Shown piece by piece: positions 1 through 9,203 of a stretch of DNA of 64,000 nucleotides. The stretch's first letter is position 1. The number at the start of each line of letters is the position of its first letter. Source of the DNA: a bacterium (GTDB taxonomy: Bacteria > Bacteroidota > Ignavibacteria > UBA10030); NCBI GenBank assembly GCA_043803945.1, contig JAZDJN010000026.1, positions 35,569 through 99,568 on the forward strand, written 5' to 3'. The translations under genes were made by a program, and so were the position numbers. Below the pieces are notes generated by a model. The model saw nothing but the letters and a program-made list of their open reading frames with translations. It made no database searches and was not told the origin of the DNA.

Positions 1-1
1 T

Positions 2-973
2 CTCATCGCTCAGTATTCTGACGTCGATGAACGCTCAATGAACGTCCTTGTCAGCAAGGTTCGTGAGCGTATCGAGTCGGGTGCCTGGAGTGAAGCCGAG
101 CGGCGCCTGGCAGAACTCTGGAGTGACAAAAATTATCTGAACCTTGCCGCCATCGCTCCCAAGAAAACGGAATCAGTGCGGGCGATGGAAGCAGATATTC
201 TGAATGGTGTGAAAAAGCTTTCCACCGACCGTACCAGTGCATTTGCAAAAAAGAATGAGACCGCACTCGAACGCATCACAGTGCTCTACTCCGACTCATC
301 CTTTTTGCCGGTCTACATCCTCGACTTCAGTTCTGAATCACGCAAGGAATTGCTGGCGAAACAGAAAAGTATCGTCGATCAGCTTCGCCAGATTAAACAC
401 TATCGTTTCCCTGAAAGTGCAATCCGTGTCATTTACAGGGAATTGACTCAGTCGCCGCAGGTCAGGGGCATTGCAAAAGCCCGCGCCATTCTGGAGCATG
501 CAAAATTTTACCGCGGCAGCGACAAAGCAACACTCGCGATGGTCGATGAGTGCAATCCGGTTGTAGCGAAGAAGCTCGACAAGCCAAAGGATTACCGGCG
601 GATCTTCGTCCTGCCGGTCAATCAAACGGAACGGGCTTCCAACGAATATGTGTTTCGGATTAATATTCAAATTCTAACAGAAGCGAAGTTTCCGGTCTTT
701 GATATCAACATCAAAGTCCCGAAAGAGATTGCAGAGAATGCGAAAACAAAGCAGTGGTTCACAGAACTCCTGTTGAATAAGAAGGTTGTGAAAACTGAAG
801 GATTTATGCGTATCGTTGCACCATCGGCCGATAATGATTATGAAGCGCAGATCACACCGGTACAGGTGAATAAAGAGGGGGAGAACATCATCGACGTAAA
901 GTTCAACTATCCCGGCTATATGCTGTTCGAAGTAAGTGTGATGGCTCAGGTTCCCCTGATCCGCAAAAATTAG
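2..973 (+). CDS. Hypothetical protein, C-terminal part (ORF open off the left edge of the window)
   Basis: Frame +2 is open from base 2 (LIAQYSDVDERSMNV...) to TAG at 971-973. Helical-looking region followed by a beta-rich C-terminus; no family recognised. Confidence 0.8.
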   Translation, partial: LIAQYSDVDERSMNVLVSKVRERIESGAWSEAERRLAELWSDKNYLNLAAIAPKKTESVRAMEADILNGVKKLSTDRTSAFAKKNETALERITVLYSDSSFLPVYILDFSSESRKELLAKQKSIVDQLRQIKHYRFPESAIRVIYRELTQSPQVRGIAKARAILEHAKFYRGSDKATLAMVDECNPVVAKKLDKPKDYRRIFVLPVNQTERASNEYVFRINIQILTEAKFPVFDINIKVPKEIAENAKTKQWFTELLLNKKVVKTEGFMRIVAPSADNDYEAQITPVQVNKEGENIIDVKFNYPGYMLFEVSVMAQVPLIRKN

Positions 974-1110
974 GTTGAACCGCTAAGGAACGCCAAGGAC
1001 GCAAAGAGTATGATAGAGGTTTTTCTGTTTCGAAGCTCCCGCGGCGAAACACTCAAAGGGAAGATACTTCCACGCAGGAGCAGGGCGGCAGTATCGTAAA
1101 CAAAAAAAGA

Positions 1111-1232
1111 CTAGGGCGTCACGAACCCCCGCCTGCCATAATAGGTTCAAATGAGGCGGGCAGGACTTCGTGACGCAAAATTAGGAAAGCATTCAGTTTT
1201 ATGTGTCACGGTGTGGACCGTGACACCCTTGG
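1111..1232. repeat. REP doublet (CTAGGGCGTCACG..CGTGACGC / GTGTCACGGTGTGGACCGTGACACCCTTGG) with a 37-bp insert
   Basis: Same element at 9061-9146 and 17514-17599; this copy carries extra bases 1128-1164. Confidence 0.9.
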
Positions 1233-1366
1233 AAAGGAAAGACGCTTCCACGCAGGAGCGTGGAAGCAGTCTCGTATTTCATTTATTCCTTTGAGTTGGC
1301 GGTTTATTTGAAGAGTGAATCAGAGTCATTTTACCACAAGATGAGTTCATCAATCAGAAACGATCT

Positions 1367-3100
1367 ATGACCATGAAAAAATATTATATCATCGGTGCTG
1401 TCCTTGTTGTGCTCATCGGTGCGGGCCTTTGGTATTACCTAACCCGCCCGACGCTGGAAGGGACAGTGGCAATTCCCTACATCGCTCACCAGAAACCGGC
1501 AATCGATCCACATCTGCCAAGTGCAAATGCTCTTGCAGACAAACTGGATGAAGTACTCTTCGATGGACTCTTTAATCTCACGGCAACCTCCAGCGGCGTA
1601 GTGTTTGAAGATGGGTTGGGAGAGTTTGTGAGCATCGAAAATAACATCGTTACAATCCGATTAAAGACCGGACACTACTGGCACGACAGCTACCGCGCAT
1701 TCGCGGATGGAAAGAAAGTGACCATTGAAAAATCGGCGGTACACGAATTTTCCTCGAAAGACTTTGCCTTCACCCTGAAACGCATCCAGAGCCTGGGCAG
1801 CCTCTCGCCTGATTATATCCTTATCGCTCAGGCACTTCCGGTGATGGACTTTGAGGGGCCAAATGAGAAGAATGAAATCAAACTGAAGTTCCGCGACAAT
1901 CGCGTCTGGGTTGAATCGGATATCAAAGAGGTACTCTCGTTTAAAATACTTCCGGATAACGAAGAGCTGAATGCCATGACCTATACAGTCGGGACAACCC
2001 CATATATGGCTGTGCCGGAGTATGATCGCAGCATTCGCTTCTACCGAACTCCAGATGCTGCGGTGAACATCGGCAAACTCCATCTCGTCCCCTTTGTCGA
2101 TAACAGTACCTTCAGCACGGAGCTGCGAAATGAGAACATCAATGCACTCCTGGAAACACCCTTTGGCAGCCTCTCGCCGCTTCTGCCGGAGCAAGAGAAA
2201 TATTTTGTTAAATCGAATGTCAGCTCAACCTACTTTGCTATCCTCTTTAATACCGAGCGGCTTTCACGCGAGAAGCGAATTCAGCTTCGAAAACTCCTCA
2301 ATAATAAGATGATTCAGGACCGTTTCTTTAAAGTCGGCAGCGGCCAGCAGCGGCATATTATCGATTTTAAAGGGAACCTTGACAACTACCCCGAGTACCT
2401 GAACGATGGTGTCTTTCCCGGCTCTTCGTACTATGTGCAGGAAAAGATTATCGATCGGTGGAGCGATACGACAACCGCAAATCCTTCAGTTCTCACCGAT
2501 ACGATTCGCATTAAAGCGTGCCTCAACTATGGCTATCGTGAAGAGTATGCCGAACTCCTCGATATCCTGAACGATCCTCTCATTACTGACGGGCGGATAC
2601 GGGCAACAGCCGTGCCGAATGAAGAGATCAAACAGGGAAACTACGATGCCTTGTTAATTGCGGTGAGCGGGTACCGGAGCAATTTTCTGTTCGACCTCTA
2701 TGATCTCTTCCTCCGTGAACCGGATCTGGAGCAGTACCGAATCAATCTCGTTACCGAAATAGATTCACTCGGCGTAGGGCGCGTGAAACCGGCCTCGTTG
2801 CAAGCCAGCCATAATTTTTTCCGGATGGATGCCATTGCATCTGTGCCGGAACGCGATGATATGCTTGCCTTGCTTGAAGATGTCTATGGATTTATGTCGA
2901 CACGAATGGTTGGCGATAAGCAGGCGTATGCACGGCGTGTTGCTGTTCGTGAACATGACATGGCGCTTGCCGGGTGGCTCTTCTCGCTGCCGTCGCTGAT
3001 GTATTTCAGTTCGCAATTTGACAACACCAGTATCGATCTGTACGGAATCGCCTGCCAGTTATCGACGCTGAAGAAATGGAAAGAACTTCCAAAGAAGTGA
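1367..3100 (+). CDS. ABC transporter substrate-binding protein, family 5-like (OppA/DppA), N-terminal membrane anchor
   Basis: LFDGLFN, TIRLKTGHYWHD and DFAFTLKRI resemble SBP family 5 N-terminal motifs. Hydrophobic N-terminus without a lipobox Cys. Permease and ATPase genes follow. Confidence 0.75.
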   Translation: MTMKKYYIIGAVLVVLIGAGLWYYLTRPTLEGTVAIPYIAHQKPAIDPHLPSANALADKLDEVLFDGLFNLTATSSGVVFEDGLGEFVSIENNIVTIRLKTGHYWHDSYRAFADGKKVTIEKSAVHEFSSKDFAFTLKRIQSLGSLSPDYILIAQALPVMDFEGPNEKNEIKLKFRDNRVWVESDIKEVLSFKILPDNEELNAMTYTVGTTPYMAVPEYDRSIRFYRTPDAAVNIGKLHLVPFVDNSTFSTELRNENINALLETPFGSLSPLLPEQEKYFVKSNVSSTYFAILFNTERLSREKRIQLRKLLNNKMIQDRFFKVGSGQQRHIIDFKGNLDNYPEYLNDGVFPGSSYYVQEKIIDRWSDTTTANPSVLTDTIRIKACLNYGYREEYAELLDILNDPLITDGRIRATAVPNEEIKQGNYDALLIAVSGYRSNFLFDLYDLFLREPDLEQYRINLVTEIDSLGVGRVKPASLQASHNFFRMDAIASVPERDDMLALLEDVYGFMSTRMVGDKQAYARRVAVREHDMALAGWLFSLPSLMYFSSQFDNTSIDLYGIACQLSTLKKWKELPKK

Positions 3101-3993
3101 GTCACACAGTTCGCCGGGGCGGCTGCCGCTGCCCCTGGTTCTTGTTCCGCTGGATTACTCTCTCATGTTCTCTCCTCATGCCTGTTCTCCTGGCTTCACA
3201 ATCGGCCGATCTCCTCCTCGTTGAGAAAACGGAAAAGCTTGTTGTGTACAATTCCTTTCAGCAATCCCAGAAGAAGCAGCCGGCGGCACTTCAACCCTTC
3301 AGACCCATTCAAATTCTGAATGCCTACGAACTCCTCAGCGATGGCATCACACCTTGCATGAAAGTGGAGATAGAGGGAGAGATATATTATTTGCTCCTTG
3401 AAAAGAAAGGGGAACTTGCCGACCTCAAGATGCTGGGATTCACAAAGCTCTATTCATCGAAAAAGGTATTCTCCGATACGGTGGAAATTCTTGCTTCGAA
3501 GCGGATGGCCATTCGCCATGTGCTTACCAAACAGCGCATCGCGTTAAAAGCGGGAGAGCGATGTGTCCGGTACTTTGCCGAAAAAGCTCTTATGTATGTA
3601 AAGAAACTTGGCACACCATCTCTCTTTGGATGGATGGAATGCCCGCCGGGTCGGGAAGGGACGTGGTGGAGCCGTCTCCTTACCCGTGAGAAATTTTCTG
3701 CATTGCCGTTGCTTGCACAGAAGCGCATTACTGGAAAGATGAAGGAAATCAATACAAAACTATTGCAACTGCATGGAATGTTCACAGCCGAGACAGCAAA
3801 AAAAATATCCCCGCCCCAGTGGCAGGTAAGGCAAACCGATTCAACTCTTACCTTATCGCTTTTGCCCGAAGGTGCTGCTGCGGAATATCGGCAAAGTATG
3901 TCAGCCTTATTGGGAACAGTGCAGACCTATTTGCTCGGCACCGGGTACGATGCCGTGTTGAAGAGTAATAGTATAGAGATCAAATGCCGATGA
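3076..3993 (+). CDS. Hypothetical exported protein within the ABC cluster
   Basis: 305-aa ORF overlapping both neighbours; hydrophobic signal-like segment (WITLSCSLLMPVLLASQSA). True start uncertain. Confidence 0.7.
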   Translation: MERTSKEVSHTVRRGGCRCPWFLFRWITLSCSLLMPVLLASQSADLLLVEKTEKLVVYNSFQQSQKKQPAALQPFRPIQILNAYELLSDGITPCMKVEIEGEIYYLLLEKKGELADLKMLGFTKLYSSKKVFSDTVEILASKRMAIRHVLTKQRIALKAGERCVRYFAEKALMYVKKLGTPSLFGWMECPPGREGTWWSRLLTREKFSALPLLAQKRITGKMKEINTKLLQLHGMFTAETAKKISPPQWQVRQTDSTLTLSLLPEGAAAEYRQSMSALLGTVQTYLLGTGYDAVLKSNSIEIKCR

Positions 3994-5147
3994 ATAGAAT
4001 CCTTTCATTTATCGGGAAGAAAAACGATTCGTTTCGATCGAAAATGATCGGCCATGCGGCAGGCATTCTGTTCATGACGATTCTGTTTGGAGTTGTCATC
4101 ACCTTCGTCGGTACCTCTCGTACAAGGTCAGTTGAGGCTTCAACGACGATTGATCGCTATCTTAAACTCCAGGATATCGATTTCGGCGATCCAATCGATC
4201 GTGTACTGTTCGAGGAAACTCTTGCGAGATTTTACCCGGGACAATCTGCCCGAAACGACTCACTGATGAATGCCATCACTGAACTAAGGCAGCGGAGATT
4301 CGGTGATCCGAGATACAAAACGGGCAGCGATCTGCAGGGGCTGACTCCAACTGTTATTGCAAACCTGGCCTTTATGGTTCTGCAGTTCCTTGTCGTGTAT
4401 GGGATCGTGCTCGTCGTACTTTATCTCGCGGCACAGCGAATAGCACTCTACAGATTCATCAAGATGAAACAACATCGTGCTTCCTACCTTGCGCAAGTGT
4501 ATGAACTGGTAATGAAATTCTCATTCTCCTCAAAGGAGATCCAAGACAAGGGCTGGAGAATTGCAGTATTGCTGGTAAAAGCTGCGGTAAAAGGAGCAGC
4601 GCTGGTGCTCCTGTTTTCTCCGGCCTATGTCATTGCCTATTCTGTGAAGACATCGGTCGACACCAGTTCCATGCTGTTCATGATCCTTCTGGCGATTATC
4701 TCGAATGGCGTTTTAATCCATGCGGCAAATCGGTTTTTTACGTTTCTGGTTTCAGAGAGCCGCAAAGGCTATGTTCAAACGGCTGTTGTGAAAAATCTTC
4801 ATGCATCGTACGAGTGGAATACACCCGATGGAGTTCCATTGCATGTCTTACTGGAAACAAACAAGAACCTGAGATCTCATGTTCTTCACCATATTTATCT
4901 CAACGCCCGCTTCCAGTTCTTGCCGACATTAAAGGAGCATGCGGCGTTCCTGATCACCGGGCTCATCATTATCGAAATGGCGTTGAATATTCAGGGACAT
5001 CTCTGTTATGAATTACTGCAGCAGATTCTATACCGGCAGTATGATGTGGTGGCTCTGATCGTGCTTGGTATTTTCCTTATTATCAAGGCGACAGAAATTG
5101 GTGTCGACATCTGGTATGAAAAAGAAAGAAGGCGGTATGGCTTCTGA
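3984..5147 (+). CDS. ABC transporter permease, OppB-like
   Basis: Multiple TM segments; EAA-like loop ESRKGYVQTAVVKNL; LIIIEMALNIQG and RQYDVV resemble the OppB C-terminus. Confidence 0.75.
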   Translation: MPMNRILSFIGKKNDSFRSKMIGHAAGILFMTILFGVVITFVGTSRTRSVEASTTIDRYLKLQDIDFGDPIDRVLFEETLARFYPGQSARNDSLMNAITELRQRRFGDPRYKTGSDLQGLTPTVIANLAFMVLQFLVVYGIVLVVLYLAAQRIALYRFIKMKQHRASYLAQVYELVMKFSFSSKEIQDKGWRIAVLLVKAAVKGAALVLLFSPAYVIAYSVKTSVDTSSMLFMILLAIISNGVLIHAANRFFTFLVSESRKGYVQTAVVKNLHASYEWNTPDGVPLHVLLETNKNLRSHVLHHIYLNARFQFLPTLKEHAAFLITGLIIIEMALNIQGHLCYELLQQILYRQYDVVALIVLGIFLIIKATEIGVDIWYEKERRRYGF

Positions 5148-5156
5148 TGCTAAAAT

Positions 5157-5260
5157 GTAGGACGAGTCACCGACTCGTCCACAGTGGGTCTGAGATAATT
5201 TATAGGATTGCGCGATCTGCAAGTGTAAGATATATTCGATAAGTACTTTTTGGACAACCT
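5157..5260. repeat. GTAG-type REP palindrome plus an orphan MITE right end
   Basis: GTAGGACGAGTCACCGACTCGTCC hairpin at 5157-5180. CTTTTTGGACAACCT at 5246-5260 matches the TIR family seen at 41483-41497 and 63462. Confidence 0.65.
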
Positions 5261-5299
5261 AATACGAGATAGTCTGAAAAAGGAATAATCTCTTTGGAA

Positions 5300-6187
5300 A
5301 TGTCTGATAGAATGTCGCGAATAAGTATTTGGTACAGAGATCTCTATCGTCAAAAAGATTTACTCTGGCTCTTAATTTGGCTTGGCGGACTCATGACAAT
5401 CTGGTTCTGGGACGCACTATTCCTGAATGCACCGGCATTTGCAAGGGTTCAGACAGCATTTCTCAACAGCCTTATCACTGGCTTGATGGTGGTAGCGCTC
5501 TCTGTGGTACTAGGATGGATAATGGGTGTCGGGATGCATCTCCTGGAGCGGGGTGAATCGAAAGGCATGTATATCGTTGCTCAGTTTATCACGAACCTTC
5601 TTCGTTCAGTTCCACAGATTCTTGTGGTGCTCATCGGATATGTTATACTCACCGTGATGCTCGATCAGGAAATTATCCGATCATCATTCGCTCAATTGTT
5701 ATGGATTGCAGGCACCATTACTCTTGCTGTCTTTCTCGAGGCAGCAGACACGGTTCGAAGCCGCATCGAGCACTTCCGCTCTTCGGATATGGTGGATGCC
5801 ATGCTTTGCTGCGGGATCAGCGAGTGGAGAATCATCAATGTTGAAATTCTCTGGCGGAACAGCCGCAGCCATCTGCTGCACAAAACGATCGCTCTGTTTG
5901 GCGTCTCCATCTTCCTCCAATGCAGTATCGATTTTATAATCTCTGTGGGGCTCTCGACGGATGTCAGCCTGAGCAATTTTCCGCTCACACTGGGCAGCCT
6001 GCTGGCGAGTCTTGAGAGCAAACAGGATATTCTTTCCATCAGCAATCTCTTGAGCGATCCCGGATACCTGCCCGTCATTTTTGTCCGCCACCTTCAGGGA
6101 GTAAGCATAGCCTTCTCAATTGTGTTCACACTTCTTTGTCTGTATAAGATAGCGAATGGATTTGTGTGGAGGCATAGGCTTGCATAA
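5300..6187 (+). CDS. ABC transporter permease, OppC-like
   Basis: TM segments; NLLRSVPQIL and the EAA-like RSSDMVDAMLCCGISEWRII. Confidence 0.75.
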   Translation: MSDRMSRISIWYRDLYRQKDLLWLLIWLGGLMTIWFWDALFLNAPAFARVQTAFLNSLITGLMVVALSVVLGWIMGVGMHLLERGESKGMYIVAQFITNLLRSVPQILVVLIGYVILTVMLDQEIIRSSFAQLLWIAGTITLAVFLEAADTVRSRIEHFRSSDMVDAMLCCGISEWRIINVEILWRNSRSHLLHKTIALFGVSIFLQCSIDFIISVGLSTDVSLSNFPLTLGSLLASLESKQDILSISNLLSDPGYLPVIFVRHLQGVSIAFSIVFTLLCLYKIANGFVWRHRLA

Positions 6188-6188
6188 G

Positions 6189-7697
6189 ATGAACGAGCGA
6201 AGCTGCAACATACGAATCAGCTATGGGAAGAGAGAACTGGTCGCAATTGATGATTTCCGGCTGGCAGAATCGTCCCTTAACGTTCTTCTTGGAGAATCCG
6301 GTATCGGAAAGTCTCTCATAGCCCGCGCAATCGCCGGCCTTCTTGATCCGGATGAACTTGACATTACAATGAACAGAAAACCGTATTCGGACTATCTCCA
6401 AAGTTCTGAAGCACAGGAGATTCGCCGGAATGGCTTTTTCGTATTTCAGGAGCCTTCATCGCATTTGAATCCGTTGATGATGCTGCGTAATCAACTGAAT
6501 GAGGGAAGCCTCGCTGCAGCACCTGATGATTCAGCGATGATGGAGCGATTGTGGGGAAAATCATCATCGACACGTTTTCAGGACGTGCTTGATGTCTATC
6601 CAAAGCCCTATCGTCCGAGTGGCGGTGAGAAGCAGCGAATTCTTTCTGCCATGGCATTTAAAAAGATCTCAACACTCCTGGAACACCCGGAAGGTGCACT
6701 CTACGTCTTCGATGAACCGACGGGGAATCTCGATGATTCATTACGGAATGAGTTCATCGATTTGCTCATTGAGACTCTGCGCCAACGCCGGATAACAGCT
6801 CTGCTCATCACTCATGATTATTCGATGATCAATCGGTTGACAACAGCCTACCCGGATTTTCAGAAGCAGATAATTTTCAAGGAGTTGGTGTTGAATCGCG
6901 GACAATTGAATCTCAGGGCATTTCTTCCTGAGGAGTATCTGGACTGGCTCGAGTCCCGGAAATCGAAGATGTTGAGGATGGTAAAGAGGGACCCAATTCT
7001 CAAGTTCGAATCGGGTGCAAAAATCTTCGGCCGAAGATTGATGATTTCACGTGATCCCAGGGGCAAGGACCAGGCTCCACTTGAATTGAGGCGCGGTGCA
7101 ATGACGTATCTGAAAGCCCCAAGCGGTACCGGCAAAACGACTGTTGTCAAGTTGATGATGGGATTGCTGAAGCCAGAGAAGATGAAAATGTCGCTCAACG
7201 GCCGGGAGTATACAGAAAAGAGCTCAAAGAAAATATGGCAGCAGCAGCTATGGGGGCGTGAGCTGACCATGGTGTTTCAGCATGCTGATGAAGCGTTGAA
7301 TCAGAACGCAACTGTGCGGGATGTATTTGCAGGATTGCCTCTGCCAGCCATGGATGATGAAGCGATCATACGCCTGCTGTCTGAATTTTTCGATGAAGAG
7401 GCAGATCGTGAATTCCTCGGCAAACGTGTTGCTCATCTGAGTGGGGGACAGAAACAGCGGCTGAATCTCCTGCGCTCATTATCGCTCGATACCGATGTTG
7501 TCATTCTCGATGAGCCGCTGAACGGCCTTGATTTTGCAGGGGCTGTGAAGGTCATTACAAAGATTGAAGAACGCATGTGCGGCGATGGCGGTGCAGCATT
7601 TTTAATAATCTCGCATAATGAAGAGATTTTTGATGCACTGGTTCCGAAAGACAACCTGTTCTACCTCCGGGCAATCGCGGATAGAAGTCCGTCATAG
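6189..7697 (+). CDS. ABC ATPase with two fused nucleotide-binding domains (OppD/F-like)
   Basis: GESGIGKS / SGGEKQR / FDEPT / ITHD and APSGTGKT / LSGGQKQR / LDEPL / ISHN. Confidence 0.9.
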   Translation: MNERSCNIRISYGKRELVAIDDFRLAESSLNVLLGESGIGKSLIARAIAGLLDPDELDITMNRKPYSDYLQSSEAQEIRRNGFFVFQEPSSHLNPLMMLRNQLNEGSLAAAPDDSAMMERLWGKSSSTRFQDVLDVYPKPYRPSGGEKQRILSAMAFKKISTLLEHPEGALYVFDEPTGNLDDSLRNEFIDLLIETLRQRRITALLITHDYSMINRLTTAYPDFQKQIIFKELVLNRGQLNLRAFLPEEYLDWLESRKSKMLRMVKRDPILKFESGAKIFGRRLMISRDPRGKDQAPLELRRGAMTYLKAPSGTGKTTVVKLMMGLLKPEKMKMSLNGREYTEKSSKKIWQQQLWGRELTMVFQHADEALNQNATVRDVFAGLPLPAMDDEAIIRLLSEFFDEEADREFLGKRVAHLSGGQKQRLNLLRSLSLDTDVVILDEPLNGLDFAGAVKVITKIEERMCGDGGAAFLIISHNEEIFDALVPKDNLFYLRAIADRSPS

Positions 7698-7699
7698 AG

Positions 7700-7750
7700 A
7701 GAAGTCCGACTTTTAATCATCGATATGACAAAGAGAAAAGTCGGACTTCT
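7700..7750. repeat. Perfect 15-bp inverted repeat
   Basis: AGAAGTCCGACTTTT (7700-7714) and AAAAGTCGGACTTCT (7736-7750), directly after the ATPase stop. Confidence 0.8.
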
Positions 7751-7751
7751 T

Positions 7752-7838
7752 CAAAAAACAAACAAGCCCGACATTCCATCTTGCCGGGCTTATGGTTGAT
7801 GTTGGGATCGCAAGGATCGCCTCTGACATCAAGCGTAC
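7752..7838 (-). ncRNA. Candidate small RNA (hairpin plus intrinsic terminator)
   Basis: Minus strand: promoter-like TTGACA/TAACTT upstream, hairpin TTGATGT..ACATCAA, stem AAGCCCGGCA/TGTCGGGCTT followed by a T-rich tail; no gene downstream on this strand. Confidence 0.45.
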
Positions 7839-7841
7839 CGA

Positions 7842-7869
7842 AAGTTACACATCTCTTTTATAATGTCAA
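7842..7869 (-). promoter_or_regulatory. Sigma70-like promoter
   Basis: Reverse complement reads TTGACA-N16-TAACTT with TGTG just upstream of the -10. Confidence 0.5.
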
Positions 7870-7896
7870 GGGGAAGTCTTGCGGAAACTATCCAGA

Positions 7897-7925
7897 TTGA
7901 CATTGAAATTATTATATACTAAGCT
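7897..7925 (+). promoter_or_regulatory. Sigma70-like promoter for the sugar oxidoreductase genes
   Basis: TTGACA-N17-TAAGCT. Confidence 0.5.
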
Positions 7926-8035
7926 TTATCCCAGTGGTTCTGCGCCAAAGGCGCATGCGCCTTCCACCAATAAGACGGCGGACAAGTCGGCGCAAATGGT
8001 ACATTTCCCGCTCAAACCTTTCTCCGGAGGAGAAC

Positions 8036-8965
8036 ATGAGAAAGAAAATTCATGCAATCATTCTTTCCTCTCTTTTTCTATCATTCATTTTAATACTTTC
8101 TATGGGCGCTCAACAAACTGCTCCATCCCAGATTCGGCATATCTCGCCCGAATTGAAACAGCAGGTCGATAAAACCGATTATTCGTCGGTGAAGATCAAG
8201 AACATCCCGCTTGCTATGCAGTGCTGGACATTCAGAAAATTCACCTTCTTTGAAACCCTTGAAAAAGTTAAGGAGCTCGGTATTCACTACATCCAGGCCT
8301 ATCCCGGCCAGCTATTAGATAATAAAACTCCCAACGCAAGATTCAGCCATGAAATGACGCTGGAACAAATATCCGAGGTCAAAACGAAATTGAAGGAAAC
8401 CGGGCTCACTCTGGTGGCGTACGGCGTTTGTGATATCGGTGTTACTGAAGCAAGTATGAGGAAAGTCTTCGACTTTGCCAAAGCAATGGGAATCAAAACA
8501 ATTGTCACAGAACCGGCGAACGACGACTTTACACTGCTTGAACAGATAATTCGCGAATACAACATAGGCATTGCAATTCACAATCATCCTGCTCCATCCA
8601 AGTACAATCTCCCGGAAACCGTGTATGTTCACGTCAAAGGAAAAGAGAAGCTTATCGGTTCATGCGCCGACAACGGCCACTGGATGCGGGGGATGAACGA
8701 TCCGCGGGAAGCTTTTAAATTGCTCAAGGGCAGAATTCTTGATGTCCATCTCAAGGACCGAAGCGGCTTCGGGACTAAAGATATAGAAGATGTCCCCTGG
8801 GGACAAGGGAAGGCAATGATCCGCGATCTTCTGGCGGAACTCACGTTACAGGAATATACCGGCTGCCTGACGATTGAGTATGAAAATGAAAAAGAGGTTG
8901 GTAATCCTATTCCAGCAATTCTAAAAAGTATCGAGTACTGGAAAAGTCTTGTTGATAAAAAGTAG
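8036..8965 (+). CDS. Exported sugar-phosphate isomerase/epimerase (AP endonuclease 2 TIM barrel)
   Basis: Signal peptide; QCWTFR, IAIHNH, CADNGHW, VHLKD, IEYE motifs; SD GGAGGA before ATG 8036. Confidence 0.85.
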   Translation: MRKKIHAIILSSLFLSFILILSMGAQQTAPSQIRHISPELKQQVDKTDYSSVKIKNIPLAMQCWTFRKFTFFETLEKVKELGIHYIQAYPGQLLDNKTPNARFSHEMTLEQISEVKTKLKETGLTLVAYGVCDIGVTEASMRKVFDFAKAMGIKTIVTEPANDDFTLLEQIIREYNIGIAIHNHPAPSKYNLPETVYVHVKGKEKLIGSCADNGHWMRGMNDPREAFKLLKGRILDVHLKDRSGFGTKDIEDVPWGQGKAMIRDLLAELTLQEYTGCLTIEYENEKEVGNPIPAILKSIEYWKSLVDKK

Positions 8966-9037
8966 GTGAATTTTTGCCGCTTATCATACAATAAAACCAC
9001 AAAGGACACAAAGGGATTTTGGAATAATTTCTTTGTG

Positions 9038-9165
9038 AGGTCGTCTAAAAAAGAAAAATACTAGGGCGTCACGAACCACTTCGTGAGGCAAAATGCGAAA
9101 AGTAATAAGATAGTATGTGTCACGGTGTGGACCGTGACACCCTTGGTGTATCTTTTAGTCAGCCT
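9038..9165. mobile_element. MITE-like element: imperfect TIR shell around the GTCACG REP doublet
   Basis: AGGTCGTCTAAAA ... TTTTAGTCAGCCT; interior matches 17514-17599. Confidence 0.7.
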
Positions 9166-9203
9166 ATGACACGCTCTCGCTAAGCTATGAAAGGAACTCT
9201 GAA

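Noticed and set aside
7934-8035. Arg-rich N-terminal extension of the TIM-barrel gene
   Set aside because: Translated repeat/UTR DNA; a strong SD precedes ATG 8036.
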